Assembly (NCBI GenBank): GCA_038206135.1 | Contig: JBBRBD010000003.1 | Location: 4,453 to 68,452 of the forward strand | Reading direction: 5' to 3' | Length of the DNA: 64,000 nucleotides | From: Patescibacteria group bacterium | GTDB lineage: Bacteria; Patescibacteriota; Microgenomatia; UBA8517 | Shown here: in pieces, positions 32,495-43,100 of the stretch | Position numbering within the stretch: position 1 is the first letter of the stretch | Layout: every line of letters begins with the position of its first letter | Made by a program: the position numbers and the translations under genes | The notes under the pieces: generated by a model | Told to the model about the DNA's origin: nothing | The model's input: only the letters and a program-made list of their open reading frames with translations | Databases searched by the model: none

Positions 32495-34522
32495 TTGGAT
32501 TATATGTTAAACAACGGCACAAAATTAAAACAAATCGAGAATATAATACTGATTTCTTTTTTTGTTCTCTTCCCAATTTTCCTCATGCCATCTGTTCAAA
32601 ATCCTGTTGTAACTGCAAAATTGATACTTCTCGCGCTTGCTCTCGCTTTTGTCGTTGTCTTAAAAGCTGTTCGCAATTTAACATCCAAAACCAAAGGGTT
32701 AGTCTTTGCAACATCAAGTTTAGATCTTCCAATAATTCTTCTTGCGATTTCATATATTGTCAGTGGATATTTAGTAACACCTAATAGACTAGAAGCATTT
32801 TGGCTTCCAGGGTCTGCTTCTTTTGTCGTAGGAGGTGCAATATTATATTTTATAATTCGACAACTAACTGAGCGTGGCAGAATTGCAATACGACTCGGTC
32901 TTCTCGGTGGCGGTTCACTTTTAGCATTTTACTCAGTATTAAGCGCTTCAGGAATATTAAAAAGTATCCAGTCTTTTCCTGAATACTTAAAAAGCGACGC
33001 TTTCACACCAGCAGGAAGTGTTTTTGTCTCTGCAATTATCTTTATAGCTATAGCCCCTATTGCGATAGACTTAATTCTCCATGCAGAAAAGTATGTAATT
33101 AAAGTTGGAGCCGGAGTTGCTGCGGGATTATTTGTACTTGCCTTTGTAATATCCTTGTCGGGTGCCATAAAGAATTGGAATGAAACTCAACTTCCAACAA
33201 TGGCTACATCATGGGTAGTTGCGACCGAAAGTTTGAAGTTAAGTCCTTTTACTGGAGTTGGTTCAGGGAACTACTTAAGCGCATTTTCGAGATTTATTCC
33301 TATTTCATACAATGCAACACCACAGTGGAGTATTCGGTTCTCCAATGCTAATAATTTTTATCTGACAGCAATAACTGAAACTGGTCTTATTGGACTCGCT
33401 TCTCTTGTTGTACTGCTAATTGCATTTTATAAAGTTGCCCGTAAGTCGACAACAGATGGGTCAATCTTTGAATATGTCCCAGCAGCCTTATTGTTAGTAG
33501 CACTGTTAATTTTTCCTGGCACTCCAGTTCTAGTTGTACTCTTATTTACTTTACTAGCGCTCACCGGCAGAACTCATATTGTTCATCTCTTTACGCCAGC
33601 TCACGAAGCCGCAACTGCTTCGACTGAAGGCAAATTTGCAACAAACGTAACAGCCGTACCATTTATTGCAGTTGCACTATTTTCATTGTTTCTAGTAAGC
33701 CGTGAGGCTCGCGCTGAAATAACATTTCAAAGATCATTGAATGCCGTAACAGCACAAGATGGGAAACTTGCATATGACACATTGCAATCCGCAATTAATC
33801 AAAGCCCTTATAACGATCGATTCCATCTTACTTATTCACAATTAAACCTTCTTTTGGCAAACACGATAACACAAAAAAAGGAGCTTACTGATGATGATAA
33901 AAATACAATTTCGCAATTAGTTCAGCAAGCTGTTCGAGAAGGTAGAGTTGCAGTTGCACTTAACTCAGATCGATCTGGAAACTGGGTGAACCTCGGAAGT
34001 ATTTATAGAGCTGTTATTCCGCTCGCAAAAGGTGCTGACCAATTTGCTTTGCAAACTTATTCTCAGGCTGTTGTTCTCGATCCTATTAACCCGAATGTCA
34101 GAGTTGCTCTTGGAGGTGTGTACTACGGCTTAAAGCGATATGAAGAAGCAATCGATGTCTTTAGACTTGCAACCAGTGCCAAGCCAGACTTTGCAAACGC
34201 TCACTACAACTTAGCAATTGCATATAGAGACAATGGTCAGTACGACAAAGCCCTTGCCGAATTAACCGGAACTCTTTCGCTCGTACAAAAAGACTCGACA
34301 GATTATCAAGCGATTCAAAAGGAAATTGAAAATGTAAAGAGTAAAGCACCTCAAAAAGCTGCGGCACCTGTACAAACTGATAACCTTACTCCTCCGACAA
34401 AAATTGATGAAAATAAAAACTTAGATGAAAAGATTGCGCTACCAACTGATGCAACACCTGAGGCTGCAATAAATCCAACGCCTGTTGTCACAGCTTCTCC
34501 ACAAGATTCAAGTGCACAATAA
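32495..34522 (+). CDS. O-antigen ligase/Wzy-like polytopic membrane protein with C-terminal TPR repeats
   Basis: Many TM helices, PFTGVGSGNY...ANNFYL..ITETGLIG, and TPR-type helices (AVVLDPINP, KPDFANAHYNLA). The start may be ATG 32504. Confidence 0.8.
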   Translation: MDYMLNNGTKLKQIENIILISFFVLFPIFLMPSVQNPVVTAKLILLALALAFVVVLKAVRNLTSKTKGLVFATSSLDLPIILLAISYIVSGYLVTPNRLEAFWLPGSASFVVGGAILYFIIRQLTERGRIAIRLGLLGGGSLLAFYSVLSASGILKSIQSFPEYLKSDAFTPAGSVFVSAIIFIAIAPIAIDLILHAEKYVIKVGAGVAAGLFVLAFVISLSGAIKNWNETQLPTMATSWVVATESLKLSPFTGVGSGNYLSAFSRFIPISYNATPQWSIRFSNANNFYLTAITETGLIGLASLVVLLIAFYKVARKSTTDGSIFEYVPAALLLVALLIFPGTPVLVVLLFTLLALTGRTHIVHLFTPAHEAATASTEGKFATNVTAVPFIAVALFSLFLVSREARAEITFQRSLNAVTAQDGKLAYDTLQSAINQSPYNDRFHLTYSQLNLLLANTITQKKELTDDDKNTISQLVQQAVREGRVAVALNSDRSGNWVNLGSIYRAVIPLAKGADQFALQTYSQAVVLDPINPNVRVALGGVYYGLKRYEEAIDVFRLATSAKPDFANAHYNLAIAYRDNGQYDKALAELTGTLSLVQKDSTDYQAIQKEIENVKSKAPQKAAAPVQTDNLTPPTKIDENKNLDEKIALPTDATPEAAINPTPVVTASPQDSSAQ

Positions 34523-34576
34523 TCCCCCGGCTCTCTATCGAGAGACGAGGGTACCATACAGTTTTTATTTCTTACA

Positions 34577-34891
34577 CTAACAACATTGGGCAATTTCATT
34601 CGGAATTGAGTAGAAGCAAGCCCATCCGGCTAATTTCCATGGTTCTGTTTGAAATTCGATGTCTGAATCAATTCTCAGGAAACGCTGAAGGATCACCCCT
34701 TCTACACTTCCAAAAACAATCCCCATAACTGACAATCCTTCCGGGAAAGTTGTCTCTGTTAAAACATATAATAGTTCTCCTTCTAATAATTGAGCATGTA
34801 GATCATCAAAAGTATTTCCTCTGATCTGTCGTGCGTTTTCACATACAGCTTTTGATCCAGAAATACATTTACGCCCAAGATATGCAGCCAT
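34577..34891 (-). CDS. Hypothetical protein (ORFan) directly downstream of tRNA-Ala(CGC)
   Basis: 104-aa ORF with a purine-rich GGAAGGA upstream; no recognisable family. Confidence 0.45.
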   Translation of the reverse strand: MAAYLGRKCISGSKAVCENARQIRGNTFDDLHAQLLEGELLYVLTETTFPEGLSVMGIVFGSVEGVILQRFLRIDSDIEFQTEPWKLAGWACFYSIPNEIAQCC

Positions 34892-34975
34892 TTGAAAAAT
34901 ATCCTTCCGAGTAGTTTTCCTAAATGAGTTAGAAGAAAGACCATTTTATGACAAATGGAGCACGAACGCAAACTG

Positions 34976-35046
34976 TGGACCCAGCCGTAATCGAAACGGC
35001 GACTATGCAATGCGAATGCACCGGTATACCACTTACCTATGGGCCC
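34976..35046 (-). tRNA. tRNA-Ala(CGC), CCA not encoded
   Basis: GGGCCCA/TGGGTCC acceptor stem with the G3:U70 Ala determinant and discriminator A. D stem GGTA/TACC, anticodon arm GTGCA-TTCGCAT-TGCAT, T arm GCCGT-TTCGATT-ACGGC. Confidence 0.9.
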
Positions 35047-35096
35047 GAATTATATGATCACAGGACTTATTCTCAGCAGTAGTATATAAAAGAAGT

Positions 35097-36203
35097 TTAG
35101 TTCAACACAGTTAGTGGACTAATGCGAGTTGCGCCCTTATACACCTCAAAATGCAAGTGAGTACCAGTTGATCGACCCGTTGACCCCATCTGTCCAACAG
35201 CAGAGCCACGACTCACTGTTTGACCTACAACAACATACAACTTCTGGAGATGGGCATATCTTGTCCTGTATCCATTTCCATGATCGATAAGGACCATGTT
35301 TCCATATCCCGTATTATCCCATCCTGAAGCAATTACTTTTCCACTATCTGCTGCAACTACCTGAGGAGAAGCAGGGTTTGCGATATCAATTCCTGGGTGG
35401 TACCAATAGAACTTCTGTGAAATCACCCCTTGTGTTGGCCAAACGAATGAGCCAGATGCAACCACTGTTCCTGCATTTGGAGTAATCTGTTTTACTCGAG
35501 CAACTGGAGACCATGGAATCTCGTCTTGTTTCACTCCATCCGGAACTATTAACAGCTGACCAATTGCAAGGTCGAAGGTCTCATCATTTACAAAAGTGTT
35601 AAAGGGAAAGTCGACAATAGCTTGCTTGTTAGCATCATATTTTTTAGCGATTGAGTCGAGAGTGTCCCCTTTTTGTACTTTGTGTGAAACTCCAGTCACT
35701 GGCAAAATTTGAAGAACTTGATTTAGTTTTATTGAGTCCTTGGACAGGAGACTGTTTTGCCATCTAATTGTGTCAGTTGAAACATCAAATTTTTGAGCAA
35801 TAGAGCTCACCGTATCTCCATTTTGGACGGTGTACTCTATAATTGAGTCACGGTACTGCTGTTCTGAGAAGTCAGTTGATACACTCGGATCTTCTGTTGA
35901 AGCAGAAAGCACAACAGATGGACTTGGAGCATCCCACGGGTTAACCCCTTGCGACTCAAGTTGTTTCACGAGTACTGGTGCAACCATAATTCCAAGCGCA
36001 GTGATACCAGCCATACTGGAGTGAACAAATCGGGTGGCATGTTTTCCACGCTGCTTATAGAGCTTTGTTACAAAAATTCCTTTTCCAGTTTCAAAGCGCA
36101 AAAATTGGGTTCGAAGAACTTCAACCAAAAATTTATATAACTCACGAAGAAAAACACTGAAGTCTGACAAAAAAATCCTTACCTGTGGTAAAAGCGCTTT
36201 CAT
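35097..36203 (-). CDS. LysM x2 + M23 family peptidoglycan endopeptidase
   Basis: LysM repeats YTVQNGDTVSSIAQKF and HKVQKGDTLDSIAKKY; M23 motifs HPGIDIA, YAHL and STGTHLHFEV. Confidence 0.93.
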   Translation of the reverse strand: MKALLPQVRIFLSDFSVFLRELYKFLVEVLRTQFLRFETGKGIFVTKLYKQRGKHATRFVHSSMAGITALGIMVAPVLVKQLESQGVNPWDAPSPSVVLSASTEDPSVSTDFSEQQYRDSIIEYTVQNGDTVSSIAQKFDVSTDTIRWQNSLLSKDSIKLNQVLQILPVTGVSHKVQKGDTLDSIAKKYDANKQAIVDFPFNTFVNDETFDLAIGQLLIVPDGVKQDEIPWSPVARVKQITPNAGTVVASGSFVWPTQGVISQKFYWYHPGIDIANPASPQVVAADSGKVIASGWDNTGYGNMVLIDHGNGYRTRYAHLQKLYVVVGQTVSRGSAVGQMGSTGRSTGTHLHFEVYKGATRISPLTVLN

Positions 36204-36224
36204 CTGTTGCAGGATAACAAACTA

Positions 36225-37439
36225 TCAAACAGTTTTCAAACTCGTAAGGAAACTTTTATTTTCATCTGTCTTTTCAAGCTTAGACAAAAGCATCTCAGTT
36301 CTCTCATCATCACTCATCATGTCAAGCATCCGTCGCAAAGTTAGAATTTGCTGCATCGTCTCTTTCCCATACAAAAGCTCTTCTTGTCTGGTTCCAGATC
36401 GGGTTACATTAATTGCTGGGAATACTCGTCGCTCTGCAAGTCTTCGGTCTAAATGCAGTTCCATGTTGCCGGTTCCCTTAAATTCTTCATAAACCAAGTC
36501 ATCCATACGTGAACCAGTATCAATTAAACAGGTTCCAATCATAGTGAGTGATCCTCCATTTTCAATTTTTCGTGCTGCTCCAAAGAATTTCTTTGCAGGT
36601 TGCAAAGCTTCAGTGTTAAAACCACCACTCAATGTTCTTCCCGTGTTTGGAAGAGCCAAGTTATAAGCACGAGCTAAACGAGTAATTGAGTCTAGTACAA
36701 TTACGACATCTTTTCCTTCTTCGACAAGTCTCTTTGCACGATCCAAAGCAAGTTCTCCGGCTCGGGTTTGTTCATGAACATCATCGTCAAAATTACTTGC
36801 AGCAACTTGACCTTTACCACCAGTCATTTCTTTCAAACTTCGAGAAATATCAGTTACTTCTTCAGGTCGCTCACCAATAAGCACTGCCATAATTTGCACA
36901 TCTGGATAATTTTTAGCAATTCCGGTGATAATGTCTTTAATAAGCCATGTTTTACCGGCTTTTGGAGGTGAAACGATGAGTCCTCGTTGTCCAAACCCAA
37001 TAGGGGCCACCAAATCAATCATTCTTGTTGTAAGAGTTTCTTTGTCCGTTTCAAGCTTAATTTGTTTGTCAGGATAAATTGCGGTGAGGTTATCAAATTC
37101 AGGGCGCTCTCTCATTTCAACAGCTTCATTTCCATTAACTGTTTCTACTTTCAAAAGTCCCCAGTATCGTTCGTTATCTTTTGGTCTGCGTGCGAGTCCT
37201 CCAACAAGGTCACCATTTCGTAAATTAAATCTTCGAATTTGAGAAGCAGAAATATAAATGTCTTGATTAGAAGGACTAAAATTTGGTCGCACGAGTCCAG
37301 AGCCTTCATTCGCAATGTCTAGAACACCTTCTACTTGTTCAGTTGGAAGGGTTGCATCAGGGATAACTCGATTGTCGACGACGAGCGGTTGCGATGAAGA
37401 CTCATTGTTGTTGTCTTGTGAACTATATTGTTGTGACAT
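36225..37439 (-). CDS. rho: Transcription termination factor Rho
   Basis: DIYISASQIRRFNLR, PPKAGKT, DSITRLARAYN, EEFKGTGNMEL and SGTRQEELL. Confidence 0.97.
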   Translation of the reverse strand: MSQQYSSQDNNNESSSQPLVVDNRVIPDATLPTEQVEGVLDIANEGSGLVRPNFSPSNQDIYISASQIRRFNLRNGDLVGGLARRPKDNERYWGLLKVETVNGNEAVEMRERPEFDNLTAIYPDKQIKLETDKETLTTRMIDLVAPIGFGQRGLIVSPPKAGKTWLIKDIITGIAKNYPDVQIMAVLIGERPEEVTDISRSLKEMTGGKGQVAASNFDDDVHEQTRAGELALDRAKRLVEEGKDVVIVLDSITRLARAYNLALPNTGRTLSGGFNTEALQPAKKFFGAARKIENGGSLTMIGTCLIDTGSRMDDLVYEEFKGTGNMELHLDRRLAERRVFPAINVTRSGTRQEELLYGKETMQQILTLRRMLDMMSDDERTEMLLSKLEKTDENKSFLTSLKTV

Positions 37440-37527
37440 ATTGTCTAACTTGTCGGTAATGCTTTTTCAACTTAACAGAAGCTTTGGGCAAAAACTTGCT
37501 TGAAAAAAGTATTACAGAAGTAACTGT

Positions 37528-37556
37528 ATTGTAACGAAAGGCATTCTGTAAGTCAA
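37528..37556 (-). promoter_or_regulatory. Sigma70-type promoter of rho
   Basis: TTGACT-17 bp-TACAAT on the minus strand. Confidence 0.65.
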
Positions 37557-37609
37557 ATGTGAATAGAAAGCACCCTCATTGTTTGTAAAGAAGGTGCTCT
37601 TGTCAAAAA

Positions 37610-37930
37610 TCACTTAGGAATAACCTTCAAAACAAGATCATCTGGACACCCTTCAAAATACTTGAGGCGTTCTGTCAATCCCGCTTTGATACGTTCAACA
37701 CGAGCTTCATCCATACCTGCAGGAACTTCAAGCCACGCCCACGAATTGGGTTTTGCCGTCATTTGGTCTTCTTCTACTGCAATGCTTCCAGGTAGCGGAT
37801 CTCTCAGCAATACCAAGAGTTCATGATTAAACTCATTTGCAATCCAAGCGCGAATGCTTTTTAAGACAACGTTATTTGGTGCAATATCTGACTGAGATAA
37901 GTTTGGTGTGTAAACTGTGACTATTTCCAC
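37610..37930 (-). CDS. Hypothetical protein (ORFan)
   Basis: GTG start with a strong AAGGAGG SD; downstream hairpin at about 37568-37598. Confidence 0.65.
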   Translation of the reverse strand: MEIVTVYTPNLSQSDIAPNNVVLKSIRAWIANEFNHELLVLLRDPLPGSIAVEEDQMTAKPNSWAWLEVPAGMDEARVERIKAGLTERLKYFEGCPDDLVLKVIPK

Positions 37931-37969
37931 AAAACCCCTCCTTTGAGCACTTAGTCCGTTTCGCAGTTA

Positions 37970-38701
37970 TTATACAGGACTTGCAAATAAAAGTAGTCGT
38001 TTCCAACTTGTCCCCGGTGGATAACAAGTTTGAAGAATAAGCTCTTCTCCGTCTTTTGGCTCAAGCCAGGAAACATCAGTTGCAGAAACAATTTTCTGCC
38101 CAGTTGTTCTATATTGATATATTTTGCCATTGTAATAAATATCAATAGTCTCTCCATTTGGCACTTTTGAAAGATCGTAGAACAATGCATTGTATTTCTG
38201 AATATTTAAAATTGAATTCGTCGAATGGGCAAACAAAAAGATTCGTTCCCCTTGACCAGGAAGCCCTGTTCCTTTGGCTTGTGCTACTCCTTTACTCAAG
38301 GCGTCACTATATTCTTGTTCGTTAAATGGATCAACACTTACGAAAATGTCCGACTTTGTTTTTAAATATGGAATGTAAATTGAAAAAGAAGTGTCGTTTT
38401 TTTTCATTTCCGAGAAGGTTATTTCATTTGAAGCGGCAGATGCTTCTGTTACTTTGCCAACCTGCGTATCAGCGCCATTACTCGGAAGTATTTGAGACTG
38501 AGTAAGCGAACCAAACGAATAGATATAGAGTGCCATTGCAACGCTGGTAAGTCCGGCTCCAACAGTTCGCGTTAGCGTATCTTTTGCACTTCGTTTCCGG
38601 GGAGTAATTACAACACTTCCCTTCGTTTTTCCCATTGTGTGGTGATACAGCGTCCCAAAAGGCTTTGTGCCTTTATTCGGTGTCTTTTCGAGGTTTTTCA
38701 T
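37970..38701 (-). CDS. Sortase
   Basis: N-terminal TM helix, LFAHS, LILQTCYPPG and downstream KRL (His-Cys-Arg triad). The start is uncertain (38701 or 38635). Confidence 0.9.
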   Translation of the reverse strand: MKNLEKTPNKGTKPFGTLYHHTMGKTKGSVVITPRKRSAKDTLTRTVGAGLTSVAMALYIYSFGSLTQSQILPSNGADTQVGKVTEASAASNEITFSEMKKNDTSFSIYIPYLKTKSDIFVSVDPFNEQEYSDALSKGVAQAKGTGLPGQGERIFLFAHSTNSILNIQKYNALFYDLSKVPNGETIDIYYNGKIYQYRTTGQKIVSATDVSWLEPKDGEELILQTCYPPGTSWKRLLLFASPV

Positions 38702-39233
38702 AGAGGTATAGTCCATACATTCCAAGCCCTGCTATAAAGATACTTACCCAAAGTTCTGCTCCTGTTTTAGGCAGTGTTGTTCCACTTGTCGGTTTTGTTG
38801 TTGCTGTAGGCACGGCTGATGCATTCAAGCGAGAAACTGGAGTACTAGTCGGAATAACGGTTGGTACTGGTGTTGGGCTCGCAAAAGTTGGATTTCCAGC
38901 TTTATATAAATTACACGAATTTTCATTTTGCTTGACTCGGACTGCACATGACAATCCTTGAGATTGCGCAAAATACAACACTTGTCCGCAACCACTTGGT
39001 GGATTTGCACAAAATGAATCATTTCGACTATCGCTGACCGTTGCAGCACTGTCTTTCAAGTCACACACTCCATCCTGGTTTGTGTCCCCCTTCGGGCAAT
39101 TATATGTTTCACAACGGACGATAGAAGCTCCATCGGCGCACTGTGACCAGTATGTTGTTGTTTGCGCACTAACTACACCCACAGAAAGTGAGCCAATAAA
39201 TAAAGTTGTTGCGAGAGCTATCAAAGTTTTCAT
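38673..39233 (-). CDS. Cys-rich LPxTG sortase substrate
   Basis: Signal peptide, 8-Cys domain, P/T linker, then LPKTG, hydrophobic helix and a charged tail. Confidence 0.85.
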   Translation of the reverse strand: MKTLIALATTLFIGSLSVGVVSAQTTTYWSQCADGASIVRCETYNCPKGDTNQDGVCDLKDSAATVSDSRNDSFCANPPSGCGQVLYFAQSQGLSCAVRVKQNENSCNLYKAGNPTFASPTPVPTVIPTSTPVSRLNASAVPTATTKPTSGTTLPKTGAELWVSIFIAGLGMYGLYLYEKPRKDTE

Positions 39234-39280
39234 GAAATAAATGAATTGGCAAAAGATTTACCAAAAATGAAGAATTGATC

Positions 39281-39309
39281 ATTCTATCCTATAAAGGAAC
39301 AATTGTCAA
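39281..39309 (-). promoter_or_regulatory. Sigma70-type promoter of the substrate-sortase operon
   Basis: TTGACA-17 bp-TAGAAT. Confidence 0.7.
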
Positions 39310-39330
39310 TGCACCCAATAGAAAGCAAAA

Positions 39331-39359
39331 AAGCCAGTGAGTGTCCATCTCACTGGCTT
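39331..39359 (-). terminator. Intrinsic terminator of the 39380-40102 gene
   Basis: Perfect 11-bp stem AAGCCAGTGAG/CTCACTGGCTT with a U-tract on the minus strand. Confidence 0.8.
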
Positions 39360-39379
39360 AATAAAAAAACTACTAAAAA

Positions 39380-40102
39380 CTAGCGAATACTGACGGCATG
39401 TGGCCCGTCACATTGAAGGTGCGTGAGTGCGTTGTAAACGCTCACATAAACGTTCTTCACCTTCTTGTCTGACAATACCAAGTCAAAAGGCAAATTGTAG
39501 TGGTCGGACCCAATTCCGTAGCTCCCACTCAAATCCGGATCAGACTGAACAGACCATACTTTTGTGCCTTCAGTCGAGCTGACAACGACAGTATAGGGTC
39601 GAGCGCCTTCTCCCATCTTCTGGATAAACACGGTCAACGTATTCGACTTCTTGTCGTAGCTGACGGCAAAGCCGCTGGCCACATAAAAGCGACAGTCATC
39701 CACGCCGTGGCCCATCAGGGCATAATTGACACCCGGAACTGATGTTGTAGTTCCACCAGTTGTCGGAGGCGCGGGATCCCACTCGGGGATATGAACATTC
39801 AGTGATGAGCATTCAGTGCCCGGAACAGCCAAGGAAATCAACTGGTTATTCCGAGGTACAGCATTATAATCAAGGTCGATTCCTCCGCTCCAGCCATCGC
39901 CAACTGTAATAGTCGGACCATTCGGCCATGTCAACTGACCATCTGTGCCACCGGTGTGGACTTCAATTTCCACATGATTGACAGTTTGACTGACCTTAGT
40001 CACGGAGCACGCCGAATCTGCGGCCATTGTTGCTGCAACTGGAACCAAAGTCAGCAGGCTCGATACAAAAAATGCCAATGCCAAAACTAAATTGCGTTTC
40101 AT
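39380..40102 (-). CDS. Secreted hypothetical protein (ORFan cassette)
   Basis: Signal peptide, two small Cys-paired domains and a GGGAG SD; visibly more GC-rich than its neighbours. Confidence 0.75.
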   Translation of the reverse strand: MKRNLVLALAFFVSSLLTLVPVAATMAADSACSVTKVSQTVNHVEIEVHTGGTDGQLTWPNGPTITVGDGWSGGIDLDYNAVPRNNQLISLAVPGTECSSLNVHIPEWDPAPPTTGGTTTSVPGVNYALMGHGVDDCRFYVASGFAVSYDKKSNTLTVFIQKMGEGARPYTVVVSSTEGTKVWSVQSDPDLSGSYGIGSDHYNLPFDLVLSDKKVKNVYVSVYNALTHLQCDGPHAVSIR

Positions 40103-40191
40103 TGTGAAAAATCTCCCTACAAATATACGAATTATGAAACCTTTTGAGTTATGTACTCAAATGAGCTCCACAAGTTACTTACTATAGCATA

Positions 40192-43100
40192 CTATTTGGA
40201 TTTAATCAAGCTATAGGTTGCTACTATTAATATTCCAAATCCTAAAAACTCGAGAGCTTCTGGTAGATAAAAGATATATAAAATGTTCGTGTTTTCAGGC
40301 ACAACCCAACCGTTTTCCCAACCATTTACTGTTATGTGTTCAAGTTTTTTACCACTAACTGATAGTGCGATCCACCCATTCTCATACGCTTGATTAAATG
40401 CCACTATTCCCTTTCCAGTTGTTTCCACTTTAGTTATTAATCCAGCGCTTGCCGTATGTCTAACTTTCAGTTCGTTATTTGAAACAATCGATTCTTTTGG
40501 ACCAATTCCAATTTCAGAAAGCCAATTCAAGGGTATTGGTGAAAATGAAATTTCAGTAAGTGAATTTTGAGATGCAATAGAGTCAAAGGCTCTTGTTTCA
40601 AGATTTACAACATATCCACCATCACCACTGGCAAATGGTAATAATGTATATTCTTGTGAGAATGTATTTTTAGGAAGTAGTTCCTCCGTGTCCATGTGTT
40701 CAGATTGCTTATTTTCTAAATAAAACTTCACACTTCTTCCGGATTCGTTGTGTCCTGATATTTTCATGACATAAGCTTGGGTTTGTAATAGCTGAGGATA
40801 ATCGAAATAATCACAACTCACACCGTTATTGGAAGCTTTATATACTACTTCGTTCCCTATAAAGTTCTTAGTAACTTCCCCCTTTTCAGGAACCGAACAA
40901 TTAACCGCAGTTGAGTGCCCTCTTTGTAGTAAGAAGTTTTCTGAAATGATTTGGGACTCAAAATATGAGACTGAAATTTGGTGAACGCTCTCGAGAGGAA
41001 TATTCTGTTCACTCGCAAAGATGCCATAATTGGATCCAAAGTCTACATAATTCCGAGAAATTTCAGGGTAATACTTCAGATTTAAATTATCGTAAGTTGA
41101 CACTGAAGCTGCATTCGGCTGAGATTGTCCGACAAATGCAAACCAATAATTTCCCGACTCCAAAGGAGTCATTGATTTGATAGTACGCCCTCCAAAAACT
41201 TCTGTTGCGGTTGGTGGCAACACGTTCACACAACCGTCCTTCCCAATTTGGTTTAAACAAAAGAGGGAGCTACTCCCTGTTGGACTCATAAATGTAGTCT
41301 CATAGAGGGCTGATTTTGAAAGTGTCACGAGTGAGCCAATACAAACGGATTGATCATGACTGGTCAAACTAAATCCATTTGGAAGGGTTGTAAGTCCTCC
41401 TTCATTTGTCGGATCAATACACCAAGATGCATTTTTATCCTTTAGGTCAGATAAGAAACCTTTGTTTTCAATAGGATTTTTAGTAAATAATTGTAATTTT
41501 GTTTTCCCCGTTGAATTGACATCAATTACGCCTATCGCATGAAATGACTCGTCTGTTTGTATGTCTGAAATATCAAAAACTGTACTTTCTATTGCCAAAT
41601 ATCCTGCATTAGCATTACTCGACAAACTGGTCGTAATGTAAACGGGGCTTGAATCTAGTTCTTTTCCATCAATTGAAATTTTTGGTTGAATTAAATCTAG
41701 TCGCACACTTATGTTTAGTTTGGTTTTCAAGACAGAGACCTTAACCGGCAAAACCGCTTCACGCTTCACAATATTTGGGATAGTCAAACTTTGGTTTTTA
41801 AGCTCAGGTGTGGTTGCTTTCAGAGTAATCCAGTTGTTTTCGGATGTTGAATTCATTTCACGAGAATCAAAGTTTACGAATGGTTTCCATACTCCACCGA
41901 GCCCAGAAACATAAGTGCCATATTGATCAAATGCATAATCAACAGGAGAATACGTAGCATTTGCTGACACTTTTGAATATGGTGACGGGGTCGTAACATC
42001 CGACTGTTGAATATCTAACTTATATATTTCAATAAAACCATACGTAGCTACCTTTTGGATGTGTGGTACCTTTGACAAAAATTTCTCTGTATCTTTTGAT
42101 AATTTTGTTTTGTCAGTTACTCCTGGATCAAATATTGAACCATCAAGAACAAGATACTGTACTTGGTATTTTTCAAGAAGTGAGTGGAAAGTCTCGGTAT
42201 CATTTGCATAATACGAACGACTCAATTCTTTGTAAAAAGTTTCATTTTGTGCATTCCAACGATCGAAGTCTCGCGTTAGATACGGGTTATCAACTCCAAA
42301 CCAGAAGAACCCAGCACCTTGATATCCCCATGAGTTATATTGCCAACCCCACATGGTGTTTAAAGGCATTTGTGCAATTCTGCCTGTATTTCCCTTAAAC
42401 CAGTTAAATGCATCAAAGTATTCAGTCGGAATTGAGACACGCATTAAAGGGCTCACGAGACCGTCTGAAAATGCGGGCTTCATAAGTAACCCTAAACTGG
42501 AAAGAAGAAAAACAACTAGTACGAATGGAATTATTACTAACTTTTTAATTTTTGAAATAACTTCGAACAAAAATGCTAGAAAGAAAGCAGCATAATATGC
42601 CAAGAAGAAGCTAAATATCGTCGAGAACTTAGTAAAGGAGTCTCGAAAACCTTCGGCTAAAATACCACTGTGGCTTTGTAAAAATGTATAGAAACCTCCA
42701 AATGGACCGTTTATATTCATAAGTACAAATATAGACAGTACTGTTGGAATAATGAGTGAAACGCCTAATTTGTTTTTCTTAAAAATGGAAACTATGATTC
42801 CCAAAAGTGATAAAACCGCAAATAGAGTTGGGATAGCGGCAATTGCTGGATTTGATAAATGACTGTTCCAATTTGAAAGTAAATCAACGAATGCATTTTT
42901 TTGAAAGTCGTATGCTTGCCATGAGAATAAATAATTCTTTTGAGATATGACATTCACTAAACTCCCCCATGCTTCATTATGTAAAACAGCTTCAGGGGTA
43001 AACAATTCATTGATGTGAGCACTCGCAATTTCTTGCGACTGGTTTTTAATTGAATACAAATTTGGAAGGAGCCAATACGCGTTTGTCGCAAAAAGTGCAA

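Noticed and set aside
34783-35010. 75-aa minus ORF
   Set aside because: It starts inside tRNA-Ala(CGC) and overlaps another ORF.
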